IMG/VR virus record: IMGVR_UViG_3300012166_000001
Span: 1-52,213 of that record
Strand: one strand, 5' to 3'
DNA: 52,213 nucleotides
Source: a virus
Taxonomy: Duplodnaviria > Caudoviricetes
Part shown: one piece after another, positions 1 to 8,183 of the stretch
Position numbering within the stretch: the first letter of the stretch is position 1
Layout of the letters: each line of letters begins with the position of its first letter
Translations under genes and position numbers: made by a program
The notes under the pieces: model-generated
Databases searched by the model: none
What the model was told of the DNA's origin: nothing
The model's input: only the letters and a program-made list of their open reading frames with translations

Positions 1-232
1 GCCCGAAGCGGTGGCACAAGCTATGGTCGATAGAGGTAATCGCATACTGGATGGCGAAGAGTCGGCGTATAACGATGACATTAACGCTATGCGGGCAAGG
101 GCTGCCCACGCTAACCTTTGTAGGTGGGGGTATGAGGACTAGGGTACGGGCGTGGCTCGACCTATGGGACTTCATCAGAGTGTTACGTAAGGAAGCACGG
201 ATGGCTAAGGAGTACAAGCTAAGGGTGAAGAG

Positions 233-547
233 ATGAGTAACACACTAGACTTAGGTAGCGACCACACGCTAAGGTTTACGTGTTGGGGACCGGATCGCGA
301 GCTTAATCCTCAGTACGCGCACTTACCTGACGTAGATAAGTTCGGTGCAATCGTGAGCCACCTGACACCGGATGGTAGAGAGTGTGGTGGCGGTATCACG
401 TTCGATGGTGAGGTAGCGAGAGCGACTAACCGTAGTCCGGTGTGGACAGTCGAGCAGTGGGAACCGTTAACACTAAGCCCGTCGCTCTTGTGTAAGACGT
501 GTGGTGACCACGGGTTCATACGCGAAGGAAAGTGGGTTAAGGCATGA
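233..547 (+). CDS. DUF6527-like protein (copy 1)
   Basis: C-terminal W..EPLTLSPSLLCKTCGDHGFIREGKW matches the T-L-x-P-S...H-G-F/Y-I-x-x-G-x-W pattern I associate with DUF6527. Confidence 0.6.
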   Translation: MSNTLDLGSDHTLRFTCWGPDRELNPQYAHLPDVDKFGAIVSHLTPDGRECGGGITFDGEVARATNRSPVWTVEQWEPLTLSPSLLCKTCGDHGFIREGKWVKA

Positions 548-931
548 GGCGTCTACTAACACTGTTAGGATTCAGGGAGTGTACGGTGCATGGCTTCCGT
601 TGGATGGGCACGGGTCTCTGTCCGCGTTGTTACAGGTTCCGTGACAGGTGGCCGCGATGACACTGTTAGGAGTTAAGTGGCACAGAGCACCGCGTAAGGC
701 CAAGTGCAGACACTTGAACGCCGAACCGATCAACATGCTTACCAGTGTTAACACTGAGGCTACGGCGCAGAGGATGGGGCATACGATGATGCACTGTTAC
801 ACATGTGACGCCTCATGGTGGGAACCGAACGCTAACCTGAGAGAGCTAGGCATACTGTGATTACTATTGCTGTACTAACCGTAATTGTCCTGTTCGCTCT
901 TGCGTTAGTCCTACTAAGTTAGAATAGGTAG

Positions 932-1111
932 ATGACACTAGGTATGGCTAAGGCTGAGTTATTACGTGATAGACGGGATGCTGCTCGACGTGACGGTGAT
1001 TATGGACAAGCAGATGAGATGCGCCGTCAGTTGGTTAGTGGTGGTTGGATAGTTCGCGACTACAGAGACGGTACTAAGATCTTTAAGGACTACAAGCATG
1101 AGAGCTATTAA
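932..1111 (+). CDS. 59-aa stand-alone CysRS C-terminal (anticodon-binding)-like domain, absent from the ORF track
   Basis: Manual translation MTLGMAKAELLRDRRDAARRDGDYGQADEMRRQLVSGGWIVRDYRDGTKIFKDYKHESY*; the R..AR...D+..AD.+R..L...G+.+.D..DGT pattern is that of the CysS C-terminus; AGGT upstream. Confidence 0.65.
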   Translation: MTLGMAKAELLRDRRDAARRDGDYGQADEMRRQLVSGGWIVRDYRDGTKIFKDYKHESY

Positions 1112-1250
1112 CCAGAGACTTAAGCGTATGATGCCCAACTTCGGCTCTACCCTTGTGTACTGCCCCCGCTGCGGTAAGGGCGGCATGGTGTGGACACAAT
1201 CCAGTTGGTATTGCCCGCACTGTCAGTTTAAGGAGGGGTGCTGCGGATGA
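1098..1250 (+). CDS. small zinc-ribbon protein, absent from the ORF track
   Basis: Manual translation MRAINQRLKRMMPNFGSTLVYCPRCGKGGMVWTQSSWYCPHCQFKEGCCG*; two CxxC motifs; overlaps both neighbours. Confidence 0.55.
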   Translation: MRAINQRLKRMMPNFGSTLVYCPRCGKGGMVWTQSSWYCPHCQFKEGCCG

Positions 1251-1663
1251 GCCGACGACACCGTAAGCCCCCGGACAAATCGTTACTCCCGATTAGGGCA
1301 GGGGAGAGTGTGAGACTTAATGTGCCGGGGGAAGAGGCGAGGATAGGCATAGTGAAGAGTATTAATCCTGAAGACGGTAGTGCGGAGATAGAGTTAACAC
1401 CTATGGACAAAGCAAAGCACACAGTCATTAGCGAGCAGAGAGGACCGGGTAAGCGCCCGGTCGGCATGATGGTGGGCTTCTACGGCTGTAAGGGTGCTCT
1501 TGTGCGTGTAGCCTGGCAGCGTACTAGAGCTAATCAGCCCGGACCCCGCGCCGTTGTTATCCACAGATGCCCTGCGTGCGGCCACCGCCACGGTGCGGCT
1601 AGATTCATGTGGCGCAGAGCGCACAGCGAGGAAGAGTTTAACTCTGCGATGGTGACACTGTGA
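1238..1663 (+). CDS. hypothetical protein with SH3-like N-part and Cys motifs
   Basis: ORF in tightly packed + operon; CPACG motif. Confidence 0.45.
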   Translation: MLRMSRRHRKPPDKSLLPIRAGESVRLNVPGEEARIGIVKSINPEDGSAEIELTPMDKAKHTVISEQRGPGKRPVGMMVGFYGCKGALVRVAWQRTRANQPGPRAVVIHRCPACGHRHGAARFMWRRAHSEEEFNSAMVTL

Positions 1664-1912
1664 GCACTAACCAACTGATAGACCTGGTTATGCACCCTGT
1701 CACGTTGCTTGCGTGCATGGGGTTAATTGCGGTGTTAGTGCGGGGGATACTGTGACCATTGACGACAAACTCATAATCCTTATGTTCAAGATGAATGGGT
1801 ATACACCTACCGCTGTGTACTTTGTCGAGACAGAGGAGGTCGCGCTGATCGGCGATGGGCGCATGGACTTCCGCCGGTTAGCCGAGCAGATGGGACTGGA
1901 GGAAGAAGAGTA

Positions 1913-2188
1913 ATGGACAGGGCTCAAGCTATACGAGACGCTGAATTCCACCGGGAGACACATAACCGCTGGCGACTCTATCTGATTAAGAATGGTGATC
2001 GTTCTGATGTTACTCAGTACACAGGGGACATTGCACACCAGGAAGAGTGCATTGCCAGATACGACAACATACTTGAAGTGTTAAGGCATAGATACCCGAA
2101 CGTTGACATTATCGAGAAAAGCGAGGAGTACCACGATGAGGAAGAGTCCGTCCTGTCAGCTAACGATTTGCGACCGTTAGGTAAATGA
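1913..2188 (+). CDS. hypothetical protein
   Basis: TAATG-coupled to upstream ORF 1713-1913. Confidence 0.5.
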   Translation: MDRAQAIRDAEFHRETHNRWRLYLIKNGDRSDVTQYTGDIAHQEECIARYDNILEVLRHRYPNVDIIEKSEEYHDEEESVLSANDLRPLGK

Positions 2189-2378
2189 TGAGCCTACACG
2201 GTGACTCATGGCGGTGGGGGTTGGCTGAGTACGACACCCCCTATCAGTCGAGCATGAGCATAATCGAGAGAGGTAGAGGCCCGACACGTACTAAACCTTT
2301 TGGGTTCTCTCGCGCTCTGGCGCCCGACCCTAACAACACTGAATGGGCACTGGCAGCTAACGGGGTGGAGGCAGACGA

Positions 2379-2759
2379 ATGAATGTCGCGCTGATAGTTG
2401 CATTCGTCGCAGCGGCTGCAACTCCGTTGGTTACTTACCTAATCGCGGTTCGGAAATTCTCCGGCAAGATTGAGACTTCGGATGCTAGGGAGTTGTGGGC
2501 CGAGTCACGTTCTATTCGTGACTGGTCACAGAGACGCATAGAGACGTTGAATGCTGACGCTAAGGAGTTGGAGGCGCGGGTAAGGACACTGGAGATTAAT
2601 AACGACTCATTGGCAGAGGAGAACCGGAAGCTAATACAGGAAGTACACGACTTGACCACAACCGTAGTCGAGTTGCGCGATGAGATTCGTGTACTCACTA
2701 GACAGTTAAAAGTATCGAGGAGACGTGTGGCCGAACTAGAGGAGGAACCGAGTGCCTGA
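2379..2759 (+). CDS. membrane-anchored coiled-coil protein (lysis-accessory type)
   Basis: N-terminal TM helix then long heptad coiled coil; paired with the next TM protein. Confidence 0.55.
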   Translation: MNVALIVAFVAAAATPLVTYLIAVRKFSGKIETSDARELWAESRSIRDWSQRRIETLNADAKELEARVRTLEINNDSLAEENRKLIQEVHDLTTTVVELRDEIRVLTRQLKVSRRRVAELEEEPSA

Positions 2760-3075
2760 TCCAGAATCCATAATCAATCCGATTAAGCGTACGCTGCACA
2801 ATTTGGTTATCGCAACGGTAGTTATTTATATCGGTCTGCTTCTAGTGGGGGGGTTCACCCTACGAGAGTCAGTTAACACATCTAACGAGTCCGAGACTAC
2901 CCATACCTCTTTATGTACATTGCGTGCGGATCTTAAAACCCGAGTGGCAACGTCAGAGGAGTTACTACGTAGTAATCCGGCTGGCATCCCAGGTATTACT
3001 GCTAAAGCAATTAAGGAAAGCCTTGCCGGGCAACTACGTACAATCAAAGCCTTAAGTGTGTTGGAGTGTGACTAA
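2752..3075 (+). CDS. membrane protein (partner of upstream coiled-coil protein)
   Basis: One TM segment and two Cys; overlaps upstream gene. Confidence 0.5.
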   Translation: MPDPESIINPIKRTLHNLVIATVVIYIGLLLVGGFTLRESVNTSNESETTHTSLCTLRADLKTRVATSEELLRSNPAGIPGITAKAIKESLAGQLRTIKALSVLECD

Positions 3076-3268
3076 ATGACCATCGTGATCGCACCCTCTG
3101 CACGGGGGAACCTCGCAGGATTTACTGCTTACTCTTCCGCCGGTGGCGAGGTTAAGGGCATGATGGTTATAAAAGACGATATGGGTATACCTTACTTTAA
3201 GCCTAACGATATGGATGCATGGAAGAGGCTTAAGGAAGTGGATGCTAAATATAATGGGGGTGTTAGAG

Positions 3269-3643
3269 ATGCAAATGTGTAAAGAGCATTGGGTTGCCCT
3301 GCACGATGAACTAGTGAGAGGCGGCTTAGAGTCCTACATGACAGACGATGGTGAAAAGGCACTCAATCGGCTGAAGGACTCCAACGAGCGCGGAAAACTA
3401 ACACTAGCCAACTTCGAGCCCATGATGGTTGCACACAACCTTATTCTCCAGAACGCGGTAAACAACTTCGGAATAGCTGTTATCGCACAAGAGGGATGCC
3501 CCCTGTGCTGGATGACCGAAGCCCACACGATAATGTGTAGAGATCCCAATTGCGACAAGAGCAATTTCGACCATTGGATTAGGTACGCAGTGGGGGACAC
3601 TGTAGAGATGCTTGAGGAAGTTAAGGAGGCAGAGCAGAAGTGA
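3269..3643 (+). CDS. Cys/His-containing hypothetical protein
   Basis: ORF 3215-3643; likely start at MQMCKEHW; CPLC and CRDPNC motifs. Confidence 0.45.
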   Translation: MQMCKEHWVALHDELVRGGLESYMTDDGEKALNRLKDSNERGKLTLANFEPMMVAHNLILQNAVNNFGIAVIAQEGCPLCWMTEAHTIMCRDPNCDKSNFDHWIRYAVGDTVEMLEEVKEAEQK

Positions 3644-3927
3644 AGGGTAAGCGTTACCCATACTCTGGCGGCGGTATCGAGCTAGAGCACGCTGGCGATT
3701 ACTGCGGCCCTGTAATGGGCTTCACTGGCGAACGCCCCGCAGTGTTCTTCGTTCTTCCTAACGGTAACGATGAAGGCCACGTCGCCAGCATACGACACGT
3801 TACCTCCCCTCCCCATGTGTTTATGGAAGAAGACGATGGTACGTTAACTATTCAGCCTTCGATTAGTTTCGAGGATAGAGACAGGTATCACGGTTACCTT
3901 GAGAACGGAACATGGCGAGCGGCATGA
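3640..3927 (+). CDS. DUF6527-like protein (copy 2)
   Basis: DGTLTIQPSI...YHGYLENGTW, same motif as 233-547; ATGA overlap with TerL. Confidence 0.6.
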   Translation: MKGKRYPYSGGGIELEHAGDYCGPVMGFTGERPAVFFVLPNGNDEGHVASIRHVTSPPHVFMEEDDGTLTIQPSISFEDRDRYHGYLENGTWRAA

Positions 3928-5408
3928 CGCAGACTAAACTTCCTCCCGGTACCGCAGATAAAGTGGTGGCAAAGCTGTTCCCCGCACCTGATCCTTATAT
4001 GTACAACCCCTCCCTCTGGCTTGAAGAAAAGCTAGGCGAGAAATTATGGTCTAAACAGGAAGAGGTTAAGGACTCAGTAGTTGCTAACCGTTACACCGCT
4101 GTACAGTCCTGTCACGATAGCGGCAAGAGTTATACAGCGTCCCGCTTAATGTCATGGTGGATTGACAGTCACCCTGACGGTGACGCCTTTGTGGTGAGTA
4201 CGGCACCCAGCCAAACTCAAGTCGAAGCTATCCTTTGGCGAGAGGTCGGTCGTGCTCACCGCAAGGGCGAACTAAAGGGACGCATTACTTACGGTCAGGT
4301 TCCACAGTGGAAGCTAGGTAACGAGATCGTAGGGTACGGACGCAAGCCACAGGATCTCAATTCGATTGAGGAGGCGATGGCAGCGTTCCAGGGCATCCAT
4401 GCTAAGTACGTCCTAATTGTTATTGACGAAGCGGGAGGCGTGCCTAAATGGCTTTTCGACGCAGTGGACACTTTGGCAACCAACGAGGCAGCCCGCGTGC
4501 TGGCTATTGGGAACCCCGACGATCCCGCCTCGCATTTCGAGAGAGTGTGCCGACCGGGCAGCGGGTGGAACGTAATCCAAATATCTGCATTCGACACACC
4601 CAACTTTACGGACGAACAGGTACATGAGGATGTATCGGACCTATTACTTTCAAGGCTCTGGGTAGAGGAACGTAAACGCCGTTGGGGTATAGCTAGTCCG
4701 CTGTATATCTCTAAGGTGTTAGCTGAGTTCCCCGAGGTTAGCGATGACACACTTATCTCTCCGGCAATGCTTAAGTTAGCCTGTGCTGTAGAGCTTCCGG
4801 GGCTCGATTCCGGCCAGTTCGGTGGAGACATTGCGCGGCACGGTGACGATGAGACTGTGGCCTATCGAAACCGTGGCGGTGTCATTCGTCTGGAGAGATC
4901 CGCACACAAGCAGGATCTGATGAAAACGGCAGGCATGTTTGCCGCACTGGTCGAGCCCTTCAAGGGGAAGGTGCCTATCGTTGTCGATTCCGATGGCCTG
5001 GGAGTCGGTGTGTATGATCGCCTCGCGGAGCAGAACCTGCCCGTAATCGAGTGGCGAGGCGGTGCGAGAGCACGCGATGACAAGCACTTTATTAACCGAC
5101 GCGCAGAAGTGTACTGGCACTTGCGCGAAGAGATGGCAGCAGGACGTATCGACCTTGATCCTAACGATGAAGATGCCTTAGCCCAACTCGGCTCGATCAA
5201 ATATGACATTGATTCCAGTGGGCGAATTAAGGTGGAGAAAAAGAGAGAGATGAGGGAACGTGGTTTACCAAGCCCTGACCGAGCAGACACGATAATGATG
5301 AGTGTTAGGCCGCGCACAGTATGGCCCGCCGAGATGGTGCCCGATAAAAACCGCATGGAGAAAAAGGCTAAGTCAATGACCGCCGGACTGAGGGAGAGGA
5401 AGCTGTGA
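3924..5408 (+). CDS. terL: terminase large subunit
   Basis: Walker A-like SCHDSGKS, Walker B IVIDEAGG, motif III IGNP, nuclease GGDIARHGDD and SPDRAD. Confidence 0.95.
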   Translation: MTQTKLPPGTADKVVAKLFPAPDPYMYNPSLWLEEKLGEKLWSKQEEVKDSVVANRYTAVQSCHDSGKSYTASRLMSWWIDSHPDGDAFVVSTAPSQTQVEAILWREVGRAHRKGELKGRITYGQVPQWKLGNEIVGYGRKPQDLNSIEEAMAAFQGIHAKYVLIVIDEAGGVPKWLFDAVDTLATNEAARVLAIGNPDDPASHFERVCRPGSGWNVIQISAFDTPNFTDEQVHEDVSDLLLSRLWVEERKRRWGIASPLYISKVLAEFPEVSDDTLISPAMLKLACAVELPGLDSGQFGGDIARHGDDETVAYRNRGGVIRLERSAHKQDLMKTAGMFAALVEPFKGKVPIVVDSDGLGVGVYDRLAEQNLPVIEWRGGARARDDKHFINRRAEVYWHLREEMAAGRIDLDPNDEDALAQLGSIKYDIDSSGRIKVEKKREMRERGLPSPDRADTIMMSVRPRTVWPAEMVPDKNRMEKKAKSMTAGLRERKL

Positions 5409-6409
5409 CTAGAACCACGGCAGAATTTGGATTCCCCTATCCCGAGGGTACGGACCCGGCGGACGGCCCCGCACAGTTGCAAGCCCTGGCCGAAGCGGTA
5501 GAGGCTGATGTTAAAGTGTTGGACCCGAGATACTTCAGAGCAGGTACGTCTGGCCAGCTAATCATCGTTAGTGGTACCGGCGCCGCCGCGTATGCCGCAA
5601 TGAGAGGCGACGCGACGATCATCGCTGACGGTACTATTACTATCGGTGACGATAAGGTTATTAACAGACACATTGGACCTGAGGCTGTTACTAATCCAGA
5701 GCTTGCGGATAACGCAGTCACTCAAGCGAAAATGGCCGATAACTCTGTGGGGGCGGCTGAGCTTATTGCAGACTCGGTTGGTAGTAGCGAGCTTGCACCG
5801 GACAGTGTTACCGCTACCGAGATCGCCACTGGCGCCGTAGGTAATACCGAGATTGGTACCAATGCGGTTGACAGTGACGAGATTAAAGCCGATGCGGTTG
5901 GTACCGCAGAAATTGCAGCTAATGCGGTGGGTAACTCTGAGGTCGCAGCCGATGCCGTTGACAACGCAGAGATTAAAGATAGAGCGGTTACCTCCCGCAA
6001 AATAGTATTGGATTGCGGGGTTGTAGAAGCGACCGGGGACCTTAATGCAATGAAAGGTTTCTACGCGGATGTTCCAGGAGCTAGTTTGGCAATAACACCG
6101 GCAGTGGCATCATACATTTTGATAACCGCACATTGGACAGTTATTAATGATTCCTCAGGGGTTATGGGAATTGCCGGGTTACTTAACTTGGACGCAGCGG
6201 ACCTGACAAGCGAGAAGATTCCCATAACTATCTTTACTTCCACCGGGGGCATTTACGGTGGTAGGCAAACCGTATCGATGAGTTACAAACTCAGACTTAC
6301 TGCGGCGGCGCACACAATTAAGATGCGAGCTAAGGACCCGACTGACCTCGGTTTCGCTCGATGCGAAGCAGACGGTACTCGATTCACTTATATGCTGGTT
6401 GCACAGTAA
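5405..6409 (+). CDS. tail fibre / receptor-binding-like protein with 10-aa repeats
   Basis: N-terminus T....FPYP..TD.ADG...LQALAEAV as in actinophage fibres; repeated I/L-A-x-D/N-A/S-V-G/T-x-x-E units; beta-rich C-terminal head. Confidence 0.7.
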   Translation: MTRTTAEFGFPYPEGTDPADGPAQLQALAEAVEADVKVLDPRYFRAGTSGQLIIVSGTGAAAYAAMRGDATIIADGTITIGDDKVINRHIGPEAVTNPELADNAVTQAKMADNSVGAAELIADSVGSSELAPDSVTATEIATGAVGNTEIGTNAVDSDEIKADAVGTAEIAANAVGNSEVAADAVDNAEIKDRAVTSRKIVLDCGVVEATGDLNAMKGFYADVPGASLAITPAVASYILITAHWTVINDSSGVMGIAGLLNLDAADLTSEKIPITIFTSTGGIYGGRQTVSMSYKLRLTAAAHTIKMRAKDPTDLGFARCEADGTRFTYMLVAQ

Positions 6410-6421
6410 GGAGACAGACTA

Positions 6422-7057
6422 ATGACACTTAAACAGATCAAGCGCAAGATTCGTAAGGCTCGGAATAAACTCTCCCGCGTGGCGTCGGGGATGGCAGTTG
6501 CCGAGCGAAGGATTAAACACCATAGGCAGCAGCGCCGGAAGTTCCCTGAGAGCGCCTTCCCTAAGCAGCACGAGCGAGCCACAAAGTACTTGCGCCGCTG
6601 GCAGAAGCGGCAGAGTTGGCTACGCGACCGGCACGTATTCCTCCAAACACTTCTAGATCGCCGTCTGCGTCAGAAAGTTAAGTGGCTTAAGGCGCACCCC
6701 GAACCTGCCGCTAATCCGAGTGGGTTAACTTGGATGGACGGGCATCAAGTCGCAGGGTGGATCGCGGAGATCCTACTGCGAGCGCGAGCTACTGGACTGT
6801 GGAACGGTTACGTTATCTCCGGGTGGCGCTCGGCCGAGTACAGTGAGCAACTGTGCTTCAACATGTGTGGCCAGCCATCATGTTCCGGTACCTGTGCGGG
6901 GCGTAACACTAACCACACGGGAATTAACTTCCCCGAAGGGGCGGCTGACATTACCGACCCTGACGGTTTGGAAAACGCGATGGATGAGCTTGGCGAGGAT
7001 CGACTGCGAAACGATCTTCCCGCCGACGCGCCGCACTATTCTAACAACGGTCACTGA
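6422..7057 (+). CDS. endolysin, M15-type zinc peptidase with very basic N-terminus
   Basis: SGWRS...Q, NH...AAD, then PHYS (H/D/H zinc ligands of the Hedgehog/DD-peptidase fold). Confidence 0.7.
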   Translation: MTLKQIKRKIRKARNKLSRVASGMAVAERRIKHHRQQRRKFPESAFPKQHERATKYLRRWQKRQSWLRDRHVFLQTLLDRRLRQKVKWLKAHPEPAANPSGLTWMDGHQVAGWIAEILLRARATGLWNGYVISGWRSAEYSEQLCFNMCGQPSCSGTCAGRNTNHTGINFPEGAADITDPDGLENAMDELGEDRLRNDLPADAPHYSNNGH

Positions 7058-7815
7058 TGAACTTCTTAATCCCAACCGCAACTAAATACTCCTTTAAGAA
7101 AGGGGACACGGGCATCGTCCCGTGGGCAATCCAGAGGTCGCTTAACCAATTCGGCAACAAGCTGGTAGAGGACGGTGTGTACGGGCCTAAAACTAAGTTT
7201 GCTGTTACTAACTTCCAACTAACGTCAGGTTTGTTTAAGGATGGTGTATTCGGCCCGGCCAGTTCTAGGCAAATGGCTTACGTACTGGAGGAGTTGGCCG
7301 AGGAACGCCTGCCGGTTATCCCTAGCGGAATCCTTAAAGGTATGGTAGAGGGAGAGTCCGGCAACTTGATTGGGGCAGTTAATTGGGCGGTAGCCGGTGG
7401 TGTGGATTGTGGGTACCTGCAACGCCGCGTCTACGAGTCCGGTTATAAAGACGTGACTGTTATTAAGCGGGCCTTCGACGGTTACTACCAAATGGGACTG
7501 TTGGTTATCCAGTTAGGTGAGAGGCATAAAACATTCCTTGACAGGATAGGAGCCAAAACCCATGAGAGAGCTTGGCGCCTCGCAATTCTTAATCACAATT
7601 ACCCATCGGGAGCAGACACGATAAGTAGGAAAGGCATTGAGGGGTTGTCTAGTTATTGGACTACCCCGCAGAGTTGGGTAATAAATATCGGAGCAAGATT
7701 TCCTGATGGGGTTCTGATTCGTACCCCGCTCGAATGGTGTCAGCATTATTCCCTAGGAAATAGCGAGCATAACGATCCGGGGGTCATGGCCCGGTTTGTT
7801 ACGCAATGGAATTAA
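7057..7815 (+). CDS. peptidoglycan-binding domain plus putative lysozyme-like domain (second lysin)
   Basis: PG_binding_1 pattern DGVYGPKTKFAVTNFQ...GL..DGVFGP; ES motif downstream. Confidence 0.7.
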   Translation: MNFLIPTATKYSFKKGDTGIVPWAIQRSLNQFGNKLVEDGVYGPKTKFAVTNFQLTSGLFKDGVFGPASSRQMAYVLEELAEERLPVIPSGILKGMVEGESGNLIGAVNWAVAGGVDCGYLQRRVYESGYKDVTVIKRAFDGYYQMGLLVIQLGERHKTFLDRIGAKTHERAWRLAILNHNYPSGADTISRKGIEGLSSYWTTPQSWVINIGARFPDGVLIRTPLEWCQHYSLGNSEHNDPGVMARFVTQWN

Positions 7816-7829
7816 GGAGGAGTAAATTC

Positions 7830-8183
7830 ATGTTCGGTAATACACTCGCAGAAACTCAGAAGGCAGTTCTGGCCCTGTTGGTTTCAGGACTAACCCTCCT
7901 TGGGTTTTTCGTAGTGTTCGATCCGGGCTTTAACGAGGCAGCGGTTGCAGTTACCGTTGGCGCGTTTAACGTGCTCGGAGTATTCCTGGCTAAGAACCAC
8001 ACTCCCGACGATGTACAGAAGTCGGTATCGGCCCTAGCCGCATCAACTTTGGGGCTGGTTGGGTTCTTCGTCACAGTGGATGCGAACACTACTGAAACCG
8101 TACTAGGTATCGTGGCGGCGCTAGTTAACGTGTACGCGGTCTACCGGGTCCGTAATGAGCCGGTGACTGAGGGCGGATTCTAG
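7830..8183 (+). CDS. holin, 4 TM segments, internally duplicated
   Basis: AGGAGG before ATG 7830; four hydrophobic segments; follows the lysins. Confidence 0.75.
   Translation: MFGNTLAETQKAVLALLVSGLTLLGFFVVFDPGFNEAAVAVTVGAFNVLGVFLAKNHTPDDVQKSVSALAASTLGLVGFFVTVDANTTETVLGIVAALVNVYAVYRVRNEPVTEGGF

Noticed and set aside
1-60. Terminal repeat or circular overlap with the window end
   Set aside because: The first and last bases do not match, and the TerS-like frame does not convincingly continue at position 1, so some sequence is missing.
5405-6409. Diversity-generating retroelement target in the fibre gene
   Set aside because: No reverse transcriptase and no TR/VR repeat pair seen.
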